Part shown: in pieces, positions 11,848 through 24,557 of the stretch | Numbering within the stretch: position 1 is the stretch's first letter | Layout of the letters: every line of letters starts with the position of its first letter | NCBI RefSeq assembly: GCF_964204645.1 | Contig: NC_134034.1 | Span: 14,128,010-14,192,009, forward strand | From: Tubulanus polymorphus | Taxonomy: Eukaryota; Animalia; Nemertea | Direction of reading: 5' to 3' | DNA length: 64,000 nucleotides | Position numbers and translations under genes: made by a program | Notes under the pieces: generated by a model | What the model was told of the DNA's origin: nothing | Database searches by the model: none | Seen by the model: the letters and a program-made list of their open reading frames with translations, nothing else

Positions 11848-12565
11848 CAGGATATTTCAGAAAATGTGTCCCATCTTTTTATTATTCTAAGAAAGGATTA
11901 ATCATTATGAAACACGTGACTGCAACATGTCATGTTACAGTAAGCTGTATAAGCATCGGCCAATTGGACTCGTTCTATTTTACTGGTTGTTATTTCTATG
12001 AGACCCGGGTTTGATCCCCGGTGAGTGCGCACGTAATTTCACCCTCACTTCTCTCAATCGTTATGAGATAATTGCCCCAGATTTCTGAATTGGGACATTT
12101 CAATTTTTAGGGCCATTATTTAATGTGGTCAGGAATGAGAGATATTTTTTGAATGATCACAAACTGCTCCTTGGCTCCGATCAAAACATGGTTTCATTAA
12201 TAATCCAATGAAACAACAATCATACGTAATAATTACTGTTGATATCTGGCGGTTTACTGATACATTTCCAGCTGAAAGATGTATTTTCTTCTGTGCTATT
12301 TTAGAAATGGCTTTAAATACTGAGAACTGTATAGGACGACTTAGAAAATTGTTGACGAGAGTCGAGATGCAGTCACATTCATCGCTGCCTCCTCTTTTTT
12401 CTGCAGATTCTTAGACAGAGACCTACTCTTCATTTTTGGAAGAAGAGTATAGAACTCATTAGAATAAGTGATATGTTTTGTAATCAGTATATCACTATTC
12501 ATAGATATCCTTAATAATTAGTTATCGTTTTCAAAAAGATGGGACACATTTTCTGAAATAAACTG
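11848..12565. mobile_element. Non-autonomous Tc1/mariner-type element
   Basis: TIR core TATTTCAGAAAATGTGTCCCATCTTTT / AAAAGATGGGACACATTTTCTGAAATA, ending CTG|TA. Copies at 34577-35347 and 46883-47651. No transposase motif seen. Confidence 0.75.
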
Positions 12566-13229
12566 TACAATTTTTAGGTGGGACAAAGATTGACACGGAG
12601 AGACTATTGTTCTATTATTATATTCATTTTAGAATAGGATAATATTCTATTTCTACCTGTGACTTATAATTCTATTCTAGACAGAATTTAAGGTGCTGCG
12701 AACTAATTATACTTCTATCAGGAAATATTTTACTGAATTTAAAAGCCGTAAAAACAGATGATATTCAACCAGATGTAGTTTTTACAGTTAAGCTACGGCA
12801 ATCTTCCTACTACAATGAGACTCTGATAAAGCGGGGATATCTAGTGTATTTTGCCATTTTTCACGATCATATCAGTTTATGAAAGTTATTTCATCCTCCG
12901 CTGTTATTTAAAATATTATCAGCGCTCGATCAATTTGTCTGTTTATAGCTTTTAGACTTCGATCAATGCATCATTTTCCGGTAGACTCAAATTAGTCAGA
13001 ATTATTTCAGTTTTTATCAATTAGTACAAGATTTTGAGCCCATTCAGTGTGAACATAATTCTTCACTTTATTCTAGTGATGAGTGTTTAGTCCAATTCCC
13101 CTATTCAACATATGCAACGCTCAATTTCTCACGTTATTTGCTAATCAAACCAGAGCCATGAAACTGACTTACCTTTAACGAGGGTCATGAGCTATATTTA
13201 CCCTCCGTGGTCACCAAATCAGAACCATA

Positions 13230-13700
13230 GACCAAACTTTGACTCTTTGGTCACCAAAACAGGGCTATGAACCAAACTTTGACTCTTTGGTCACTAAACC
13301 TGAGCCATGAACCAAACTTTGACTCTTTGGTCACCAAAACAGGGCTATGAACCAAACTTTGACTCTTTGGTCACTAAACCTGAGCCTTGAACCAAGCTTT
13401 GACTCTTTGGTCACCAAACCTGAGCCATGAACCAAACTTTGGCTCTTTGGTCACTAAACCTGAGCCATGAACCAAACTTTGACTCTTTGGTCACCAAATC
13501 AGGGCTATGAACCAAAATTTGACTCTTTGGTCACCAAAACAGAGCTATGAACCAAACTTTGACTCTTTGGTCACCAAAACAGAGCTATGAACCAAACTTT
13601 GACTCTTTGGTCACTAAACCTGAGCCATGAACCAAACTTTGACGTTTAGGTCACTAAACCTGGGCTATGAACCAAACTTTGACGCTTAGGTCACTAAACC
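13230..13700. repeat. 40-bp minisatellite (ACCAAACTTTGACTCTTTGGTCACYAAAMCWGRGCYATGA), ~12 units
   Basis: Direct reading. Also at 1-40, 36025-36335 (~8 units) and 48325-48510 (~5 units). Confidence 0.95.
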
Positions 13701-14009
13701 AAGGCCATAAATGAAAGATTTAACGTTTTTTAAAGTTATTTCTGTTGCCTTCATGACTCAATATTTGAGAATGGAACAAATGACGTAGTTAATGAAAGAT
13801 TCATCTGTATCAGTGTTGCTGCTGGTGCTGCTGCAGCTGCTGCTGCTGCTGGTGGTGCAACTAACACAACCTTTTGCTGTTTGTCTCTAAAAGATTAAAC
13901 TTGATCCCAGTCGGAACTGATGAGAATTTTAATGAGACGACAAATAAGGAAAAGCCATATGAAAAAATGTAAAGCGAATGCGTGAATAAAATAAAACAGC
14001 ATGAAATGC

Positions 14010-14298
14010 TGATATAAAGAGTGGGGTCCGAGAGCAATTCGAAGGTTTAGTGTCCTGCACGCTTAGCGAGCGGGCAGGGGTCTATTCCTACCTCGACTCA
14101 AAAAAGATGAAATATAAAGAGAAGGGTCGAGAGCAATTCGAAGGTTTAGTGTCCTGCACGCTTAGAGGGCGGGCAGGGGTCTATTCCTACCTCGACTCAA
14201 AAAAGATGAAATATAAATAGAAGGGTCGAGAGCAATTCGAAGGTTAAGTGTCCTGCACGCTTAGCGAGCTCGCAGGGGTCTATTCCTACCTCAACTCA
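14010..14298. repeat. ~118-bp tandem repeat with GC-rich hairpin (3 copies)
   Basis: GAGAGCAATTCGAAGG...CCTGCACGCTTAGCGAGCGGGCAGG...CCTCGACTC. One copy at ~345-430; two each at ~36645-36830 and ~48820-49005. Confidence 0.9.
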
Positions 14299-15261
14299 TG
14301 CGCTAAAAATCAGAGAAAAGAGTAAAAACGAAAAATGGCAAATGAAGGAAAAATGGCTGGAGTTTGATTTGTTCCACTGGGTTCAAGTGTTAACTTGAAA
14401 AGACAATCAAACAGATTATTTATGACGTATATATTTTGCATCAAAACATTGATTAATAACTTTTATGAATAGGATTCCATAAACTACTTGCTTATATGAA
14501 ACCTCTAGTAGAGAGTATTGAAATAGTCCACAATGGTTTCATTTAGTGACGTCATGTTGAATTGGTGAAGCAACATCAATAGCATTAATTGTTTTGATCT
14601 CAGCCATCATTCTTGTCCTTGGTTTGTGTTTGCCTTTCTCACAATATTTTGTGAGTGTGGAGGTTTGGTTCGGGCTTATTTCCTCGGTTCGCGTGAACCC
14701 TCCGTATACCTCCCCCTCCCTTACAACATTAAGTTCCTCGGGTTTGGTTTGATGTTTTGTAGATGAAACCTCTACAACTCAAACTCGCATCATTTGATGA
14801 AATGAAATCTGTTTACAGACGACTGCTGCAACTTGTCGTGAAACTGAGATATATTGTGAATACTTATTAGAGGGAGTAGAAATAATAGGAATAATGTGAT
14901 GAAATTGATAAAGAAATCATCTGTAAAAATGAAGCCATGTGATTTTCAAGACCAACCCAGGCATATGATCATTTGAGGTCATCTGAATGCCTCCAAAATG
15001 TGTAGAGAAAGTATCTGTGAGTCCCATCAATGATGCAATTGATTAAGGATTTTGATTTATAAATGAAATTGATATGATCGTGAAAAATGGCAAATCGTTT
15101 TGTAGTTATTGTACAGATGAGTGGTGTGTGAAGAGGAGACAAGAGAGTTAAGGAGGCATGATGGGAGGGCATTGAGGGAGGGCTAGGTGGGAGGGCTTTG
15201 AGGGTGGGCCAGGTGGGAGGGCGGGAGGGAAGGGGTCTGGGAGGGGAGGGTCGGGTCGGGA

Positions 15262-15459
15262 GGTTAGATGAGTTAAAATGTTCTGATGTTTTAGTTAGAT
15301 GGATGGGAATCTAATGAAGATGAGAGAACATTAAATCACTGTTCAATCACAGGATGAAGTAATGCAGTGATCTGTACTCTGTATCTGTACACAATGTTAC
15401 ATGTATCTGTAACTGTACAATCAGTATGAAATAAGTACAGCAGTTTAATCTACAGAAAT
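15262..15459 (+). repeat. Right arm of ~197-bp inverted repeat
   Basis: GGTTAGATGAG...CTACAGAAAT; reverse complement of 11277-11473. Confidence 0.95.
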
Positions 15460-18400
15460 CCTGTACTGTTTCTGTCTGATTGATTGATAATTTGAGATGT
15501 TACATTCTGCTCTATTGTCACTGATTATTGTTTCTTTTTCTTTTCAGAATGAAATGAATGCAATAGAATTTACTATTTAAACAGGCTCATTTAAGGTAAG
15601 TATAAAACTGGTAATGAATTTCTCCACAGAATTCTTCACAGTCTCTGTTGATATTTTGAATTATTTTTGAACTAAAAATTACTGTTTTACTCTCAGTTAC
15701 AGGATGAGATACACACCGCAGCAGCAGCAGCAACAGCAGCACTGGCAGTACCCGCAGTACCAGCACCATGCAGCAACAGCGCCACCACCAGCTGCAACAG
15801 CAGCACTGGCAGTACCTGCAGTACCAGCACCATGCAGCAACAGCGCCACCACCAGCTGCAACAGCAGCACTGGCAGTACCCGCAGTACCAGCACCATGCA
15901 GCAACAGCGCCACCAGCAGCTGCAACAGCAGCACTGGCAGTACCCGCAGTACCAGCACCATGCAGCAACAGCGCCACCACCAGCTGCAACAGCAGCACTG
16001 GCAGTACCTGCAGTACCAGCACCATGCAGCTACGTACAGAGCCACCACCAGCTGCAACAGCAGCACTGGCAGTACTCGCAGTACCAGCACCATGCAGCAA
16101 CAGCGCCACCACCAGCTGCAACAGCAGCACTGGCAGTACCCGCAGTAACAGCACCATGCAGCAACAGCGCCACCAGCAGCTGCAACAGCATCAGTAGCAG
16201 GTAAAACCTGTTTGGAAATTCATTATTTTTAGAGAACTGTTCTATATAAATTATTCTATCTGTTTATGTTTCCAGCATTCAATCACTCAAAGATCACGGC
16301 TTAGTTTGATTTTGGTGTGAAACTGCTCTTATTTCATAACAACTTAACTGACAATTCTAAAATTTGTATTTAGGAGCTGAAATAACTGGAACCCTTGATA
16401 GAATCTGTGAACAGTAAACATTGGGAATTCACTTCACATTTGTTTAAGATGGACATCGCTTTAGATCCTCAAAACCAATACGGTACCGGTAAATATCTTT
16501 ACAGATTCTAGTCTCTGTTTGACTGTACATTTATAAACTCATTTCCTGATTAGAAGCTACATTAATCAGTGAAGGCGAATTTTCAATCACTTCTATTCTG
16601 GTCAAAGTTCGAATCATCAAAATTATACAACTGTTGTATTCTGGGGTCTAAAATAAAGCTGAACTTGCAGTAAACATTGCGCTCTACAAATCAAACAAGT
16701 CAGAAGCGGTGAGTTTTATATCGATTTATTGCAGTAATTTGTGGTGATCTTCAAATCAAGTCCAGAAAATGATGTTTTGATCGGTCAATGTTGGCAGGTA
16801 TCAACGTTTTACTTGAGGACGCAGTCTAAAGCTACCATCAAACCTCTCAGAAATCTGCATATACTCGACACATTGTGATAAACTACTCATTAACCTGGTA
16901 GGTTTTCTGTCAATCGAACAGTTGCAGTTTCTATCTATTTCATTAACCATTTTCTGGCATAATTTTCTCTTTCCAGAATGCAATACGCCCAACACTTATT
17001 GGAACTGGAGAAATTAAAAATATTCACCTTCAAAGAGTAAAGAAGCTCTAGTTGCTGAAGCTGCTGCTATCGTTTTAAGAATTTATTTTCTCAGAAAATC
17101 ATCAGTTCTCTTAACTTCATGACATTACCGTATTACTGTTGGAAGTGAAATCCTGCTAGATGGCACTGAACTTATCTGATATGAGTTTAGAAATGGTGAG
17201 TCTTTCATCACTCCACTGTGCTCTAATTTCATTATATTCTAACATTTAATTATTCTGTACAGGATTTTTATGCGTGATTCTCCGGGAAGCAGTGTGGCTG
17301 ATGCTGCTGCAGCTGATGCTGCTTAATTCTGCTCAACACAAGTTTGAAAATGATTGATTTTCTAATAGAATTTAGCCCCAATTTCAGACTGCTATAAATA
17401 CGTTACTTTTTCATAGTATGATGATTTTTTGCAGCATGAAATTTGTCCAATCGAACAGTTTGAAAATTGACCAAAGATTGAATAATGTTGTTGAATTATC
17501 TAGAATTATAAGGTAATGATAAATTCTAGTTTCCGAAATATTTCATGAAAACAATAATTCCCACTTGACTGTTAATTCAATCGAACATTTTCAATGTAAT
17601 ATTTGCTGACACAGGTTTTCTCTATTCTAGGACGAAGTAGGGATCGGGACCAATTTGCCATTTGACAGGGACAGGAACCAGCCATCTACCTGGAGATTGA
17701 TATGCTGCCACTTATTTCAGATCTGCAATTTTTAAGTTTAAAGCCAAATGAATATTGTTTATCTGTGCCGACCGGCACGGGCAGCCTACTGTTTGTGATG
17801 GTTTGATAGACTGTGTATCACGTATACATAAAAACAATAGAGTCATCCCCTGATTCGTCTCTCAAAGCTGTGGTGTCATTTTTGCTAATAGAATAATAGC
17901 CTGACTCGGGCATAGAATATATAATTTAAACCCTGCTATATGCAAATTTAAGGCAAAATTCATTTATCAAGAATCAAAGTAATAAAAGTATAATGAAGAA
18001 ATAACTAGAACAACCTATACGAACAAAATAACAAAACCTCTCGACCTTAGCACTGAACACTCGCTTTACTTTCCTAATTAACTTGTTTTTCCCTGTTTTA
18101 GTTATTCTTCAGACTTGATAATGGTCTCTACAGAGACTCCAAAATGTTGTGTCTTTTACTTCTATTAAGTTTCTATATAGTGGGTTTTAAAGTTTTAGTG
18201 AAAATTGAAATTGAAGATTAAATGTAGCTGTAAAGCAGCGATAACTGGTTGCATTAGTTTGTAATTGTTTGTACCCCACGACCCAGTTTTATTGGTCTGG
18301 TTTTGTAAAAAAAATTGTATGATACACATATTGTATAATGATGTAATATGGACATGTTTTAAGTAACTCAATCAATGAAACCATAAAGTTGAAATATCGA

Positions 18401-19103
18401 CAGGTTTTCTTTATTATGGGACTATAATATTTCGTGTGAACTGTTGTTCTGTTTTATTTGAAATAAAGATGAATTTTCTGTGTTGTTTTAGTTGTGATAA
18501 CAGACGCCAGCAGTTTCACACACACTCAGTGCGTCACACGTAAATCCCACGGGTTCAGTTTCATAGAAATAATTAACTCAAAAAACTTTACTCAATTCGA
18601 CTTTACCGTCTCAATAAATGAATATTTTTGAAGAAACTGAGCCTAGGGTACAGTTTCACGAACCAATTGCGTTCAAACATTTTATTTTGAAGAAAAAATT
18701 AAATCCAAGTTGAAATTGATTCATCCTTTCTCTGTGAAACTGGACTCGACGGGATTAAATACTCGCTATTCAGTGTGCGAAACTGCAGCATCTAAATCTG
18801 ATTGAAACCCGCATCATAAACCAAATCCTACCGACGGATTAATTATCATCAAAGATTTGTGAGATTTGATCAATTTCTTCGCAAATTCATTTAAAAAATG
18901 GATCGTTTTTTGTGAAACTGCGACCCCTGGTGTCCACTCGAGGGATTCATTTATTCTTTTTCACCCTGGTATGCGAGGGTTTCAATTCGATGGTCCAACT
19001 ACTATTCTTAAAAAGGCAGGTGCATTACATGACAATGAGGAATAAATGTAGATAAATTTTGCTGTAAGTCGTGTGTGCGTTATTTTATCATTTTTCGAGA
19101 AAC

Positions 19104-19268
19104 TGGGTCATTCATTTATTACGTACGCATTAGGGGAGGGCGAGGGGGTCAGTGCAATTGCGTACGTAATCCTTAATGTATATGAGAAAATGGCCGATTT
19201 TGCGTACAGAGGGGGGGGGGGGTTGAAAATTTCAAATTTTATGCGTACGTAATAAATGAATGATCCCA
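19104..19268. mobile_element. MITE, same family as 3698-3909
   Basis: TIRs GGGTCATTCATTTATTACGTACGCA / TGCGTACGTAATAAATGAATGATCCC. Empty site at ~53515 (GAGAAACAACCTAG). Confidence 0.85.
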
Positions 19269-21280
19269 ACAACCTAGAATAATGCTGGGTTCGAACCCGG
19301 GTCACCCCTGTACATCATCTAATCAGCATCAGGACCTCTCTGAACCAGTATCAGTAATTACTGAGTTCGAACCCGGGATACCCCTGTACATCCTCCATTC
19401 AGCATCAGGACCAATCAGAATCAGTACCAATAGACCGGATTTGAACCCGGGATGCCCCTCTACATCCTCTATTCAGCATCAGGACCACTCTGAATCAGTT
19501 ATCAGTAATTACTTTTGTTAAGATATCAACATTTTACCGTACGGTGCTGCCTCTATGCTTATCGGTAGCGGGATTTTCATACACTAACGTTAGTCAACTC
19601 TGGCAAGCAAGGGTTACGGAGTATAACTGGACAGCACGACGATTGCCAGAGTTGACTTCAGTTAGTGTACGGAAATCCCGCTAACGATGAGCATAGCGGC
19701 AGCACCGTACGGTCGGGACACCCCTGTACATCCTCTATCCAGCATCAGGACAACTTGGACCACTACTGAGTTCGAACCCGGGACACCCCTGTACATCATC
19801 TGATCAGCATCGGGACCTCTCTGAATCAGTATCAGTAATTACTGGGTTCGAACTGGGGTCACCCCTGTACATCCTCTTCTCAGTATCAAGACCACTCTGA
19901 ACCAGTATCAGTAATTACTTGGTTCGAACGCGGGACACCCCGTACCCATTATGATGCGATTAGACACGTGATCGATGGTCGTCCTCATTTAGAAGAAGAA
20001 TTTAATTGTGAAACATGGTCATATCCAGGAATGTTTAAACCCGGCGATCAATGTCTCGACTAAAACCGTGTCTATATCGATATTTGTACTGTTAATCGTC
20101 GTATTCATCTTCTTTACGATAACCTACAACGATACGATTTCAAACTGTGTTCTACCCGTACTCGTAGTAGGCCTAACTACCAATTTCACGTTGTTTGGAG
20201 CCAATTTAGGACAGTTTAACTTCAACCTAGAGCGATTTCACCCACCCCGAGTGCTACTTGATAAAAGTTCCTGTGTATCAAGTTTAATCGTAATCGGTCC
20301 ATTGGGTCAAGAGATATAGACATTTATCCAAAGCGACACCTATATGGAAAAGAGTGGAAATTGTTGCATACCAACCGTAAAGTAGATATTGTGGTTTTTA
20401 TATATATTGAATAATGTCACCAACTCTTTTATTCATTTAGAAATAAACTACTGTATTGAGCGAAGTATCTTTTAAATAAAGTGGCCTCTAAGGATAAAGC
20501 AAATATATGTGTTCAAAATATATAAGTTAGTATAGAATCTATTGACCAAAAAATAACCCGAGTCAAACAGATGATCATCGTACTACAAATACCTCGCTGG
20601 GCCAAAAATTAGCCCCAACCTGAGGCACTAGCCCTAACCCTAGATCGACGGTAACCCTAACCCTAGCAGGACTCGAACCTGCGAACTCCAGCATGCCAGC
20701 CGAGCACGCTAACCACTAGACCGGTGAGTTCTGGTGGCTAACTTAGTTTGTGAATACGTGTGGTCAGTGTGGTACAAGGCCAACACTTGGGTTTCTGCGT
20801 TTATTAATCAGGCCAACACTCGCGTCAGTGTTTGTTTCTTGGTAATAGCCTTTTTAGTGCCCTGGGGCCAGTTCCATGGGTGATGGCTTAGGAGGTGAAT
20901 CTAAGCTTTTCTCATATCGGTATTTGTACATAACTCAATCGTGAACGTCTTTCTGTATTCCAAGACTGATTCTATTGGCTGATACAGTCAAAGTAAATCG
21001 CTTAATCCGCATCGGCTTAATCCGAATTTTGGTCTAATCCGGATAATATTTACTGTCAATTTAATCATTTAATTTAATCATTTAATCATTAATTATACAC
21101 GAAAATCCGGATTTGCCGCAAAACGGATGAATTTTGTTGGTCCCAATGATCGGAATTAGGGAGATTCTATCATACCATTTACTCTCCTTAAAGCTCTAAT
21201 GATGGTACAGTTATTAATTTCTAACAAACTAGTGTTGAGTGATGAATGAAATTTGACTTACGAAAAATCTGTATTCCTCA

Positions 21281-24200
21281 GACGAGGTATTTCATAGCCG
21301 TCGCAGGATTCTTACTAGAGTGGGATGCGACGGCTGACATAGCCGCAACTTATATTTTGAAAGCCCTGCTGCTCAACATCATCACGTTCAAGTGACTTAA
21401 GAAAAATAAGTTTCATGCAAGAGTCACGTATAAAAACAAAATATAAATGTTATATCTAGCCCATTTGAAAAGGAGGGGTATTTAGAATCGGTAAGAAAAA
21501 TAAACGGCTGAAAGTTTTGATAACGTATTAACGAACTATATACTAGATTACGTATATAATTCGGGTAGTGAAGTTCTATGTCCTGCGTTCTGAATGTTTA
21601 AGATATTTGTAAACTTCCTATAATGATAATAATATATTTCCCTATAAAAACCCAAATAACATGATTACAGTCGTTGATATTAAGAAATTTTTCCTACCTA
21701 CAAAACTGCAACTTTTCACCAGTTTCCGACCTGATCCAGTTATTTCATAGTTAATCCAATCCTGAGTCAATTTGATTCCGTGTCCAAGTCTTTAAACGTT
21801 CACAAAATCTAGTTTTCAGGCGAAATTTTCTATCGAAGTTCGGTTGAAAATGTTCCAATTTTTTCCGTTCATACAATCTTAAAACTTTCCAAAAACAATT
21901 TCTCCGTAATGAACATACGATTCCCGATTGGATTAATTCCTTTCCGAGTAAAATCCAATCAGAATAGCGAAAGATGGCGCACGATTCGACTGACATTACG
22001 ATTTATTCGATGAAATCGAATTTCCCGGCGCCTGCGACAAGCCCAGGCACGCTCCAGTACGCGGCCGCTGATTGGCTAATCTATCTCAATTGGGGGATAT
22101 CGTCTATTGCTAGTGCGCGGGATATTTCAATTGTGGCGTGTTCTATTGTGTTGCAACAATAGGGGGATGAGCTATTGCGACAGCGGGATGCGGGATCGGT
22201 CCATTTGTTACATACATCTTGAAATATCGAGCCGGGGATAGTTCCATCCTCGATACTTTACTGATTGAGGTTATAGGGGTGTTTATAAAGGTTTATCGCC
22301 GTTTTTAATGATATCTGTAAAAAAAGAACTTGAAGATGCGACTACCCTCTCACTAGACGGGTCTATGTTTGTGATATCATAGACGGCGTCGCGCACGAGA
22401 CAATATGATACATGTGACTGCAGCATATCATTATGTAGAAATCATATGGAGGGCAAAATTCTCTCAATTCTATCGGACGACGAACGTACAACGAACAGGT
22501 TCGTTGATGAGACTCCTTTGATATACGATTAGGCGCCATGTACTGGTCGGGGATGGGGGCAAGAGAAGCGAAATAAAGGCTCAAAGTTACTGATCGAATA
22601 AGTGTCCAAACTCAGTCAAACATGTCAACTTGAACCCAGGTAGCGATTAATGTAGTCCGAGGTTTGACTTATACCACATGTGGACGCGCGTCTGGGGACG
22701 GGGGTGTTTGGGATATGACAAATGATTATTCCAGTTTTCCTGCTGTTCGTCCGCTATCCTAAGCAGGGAAAAGAAGGGGACCAAAAGACCATGCATCATC
22801 AATCAGACCATAATATAAAGAAATAATCGTCTATTTATAAATATATTTCTATTTATTTCCATTAACACTACATAGACCTATATAAGATTGATTCTATAGT
22901 AAAAATGAGTTAGTTTTTGTTTGGAAAGAAAATTTGGTGAAATTTGGTGTCAAATATGTGGACGCTGGAACCCGGGAAAAATCCTCTCTTTCAACATCCA
23001 ATGGCAAGTTACAGGGTTCGAATCACGGACACAGAGTTTAATTCATTGAATAAATTTCATTCTATATTTCCCATAGATGATGCATAAGAAATAAGGTGCA
23101 TTGAAACTCCATTGATTATCAATTCAGAAAATAGATAAGGTTCCTCTAGGGGCACATAGGCTTATAGATATTGATATTGATGAAAGCAGAATGTAGCCTA
23201 AGCAATAATGACACTTTTAAGTAAATAATGCAAATATCTTTTCTTAATTTATAGCTTGATTCTGAAGAAGGGGAGAACACAGTTTTCATGACAGTTTTCA
23301 TCATCATCTGTGCGGTCTGAAGTATCTAGGGGTCACCCGGACTCAACATTACGGCCTCCAGTATCATCATTCGAGGTTAATTTTATATTTCTATGAAATA
23401 TTTTGCTCAAATAAATTCATTTTGTTATCATATCAATGAAAATTAGTGTAGTTATTCATTTCAGTTTGAAATTTGGCTCTGTTTTGAGGAATTACTAATT
23501 TTCCAGAAATCGGATCCAGAAATTCACCTTGCCATCACCAGGACAACGCATCAGTCAAAACAAACAACAATCATTCAGAAATGAAGCCCTGTAGATTCTT
23601 ATATTTGGTTAAAAGTTTGTTTATATTGGTTGAGTAGATTTTGAATGATGCAAAGTTAGAGTTTCAGTACTGATGGTTAATTTCACTGTCCTATCCCTGA
23701 AGGGCTTTTAGTCACTCAGATTTTGTGATAAAATGTGTTCAGATCAAAAGTTCACAACTCAAATTTCCGATAGATGGCGCCTGCGATATATAACTCATTT
23801 TGCCAACCGTCGCAATTAGCTTTTCCAGTAATTTAGTGGTTCAGCAAAATTCCAAGAGGTGGCGAACATGTAACTAATGTATGTGAAGTAATAAGACACC
23901 TTGGTTCATCATCTGATCAGAATCACTGGGTTTGAACCTGGGACATCGCAACACAGTCATTGGGTTCGAACCTGAGACATTCCTCCAAATCCTCCAATCA
24001 GCATGAAACATCACAGTCATTTAGATTCAATAATTCATTCATTTGACGCGCAGTCAATTTCAGGTGTAGACGTGTCGCAGGTTTCAGTTATTGAGATCCT
24101 CCTCCATTAGACTGAAAATAAATCAAACAACGTTCATTATAACATCATTAGAGCAATTCACAAAAATCATATCAAATATTCGACATGAATAAGAGTAACT

Positions 24201-24340
24201 AAACAAACCTGATCTAAACATCATCTTCTTTTGAGTAGAATAAACAAAACTCTAGCGTTAGGCCTACATCTGAAATAATACAAAACAAAGAAAATCATTA
24301 TTTCTTCATCAGATAAAAAATGAAAACAGATTAAAAATGC
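21281..24340. repeat. Duplicated tail, copy 1 (paralog 55398-~58400)
   Basis: Near-identical to 55398-58400. Similarity then drops (24340-25035 vs 58400-58655). Confidence 0.9.
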
Positions 24341-24557
24341 TTTTAATGTCAAGAATTTTCAGTGTTACAATCTTTTTTTCATACAAGACTTAACGGTAAA
24401 TTGGTTCAGACTTAGAGCAGGGAACACTATAAGAATCATATTACAGATTTCGAATCGAAATTTGCAGCATGTTCGTTGCTCAGCAGCAGGTGAATCGCAC
24501 CATTCAAACATGTTTGATATTTCCACAGTAAATTTCATCGCAGCAAAATTTTTGTTT

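Larger units (their letters stand above)
9711..18467 (+). ncRNA. Candidate multi-exon non-coding transcript (or heavily decayed gene), U1 copy
   Basis: CAAAATGGCG motif at 9711. GT-AG introns 9816-9891, 10058-10602, 10677-10751, 15596-15696/15702, 16201-16275, 16709-16797, 16898-16976, 17196-17630, with GTAAGT/GTGAGT-type donors and pyrimidine-tract acceptors. AATAAA at 17981 and 18462. The non-repeat exons checked have stops and no long ORF. Confidence 0.55.
8311..21280. repeat. Composite unit copy U1
   Basis: Starts and ends with the ~1 kb H module; colinear with 43324-55397 and 31639-43323. Confidence 0.95.

Noticed and set aside
8311-21280. LTR retrotransposon (H modules as TG...CA direct repeats)
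   Set aside because: No primer-binding site, polypurine tract, gag/pol remnants or target duplication on either strand. The two H types differ structurally and are themselves composites.
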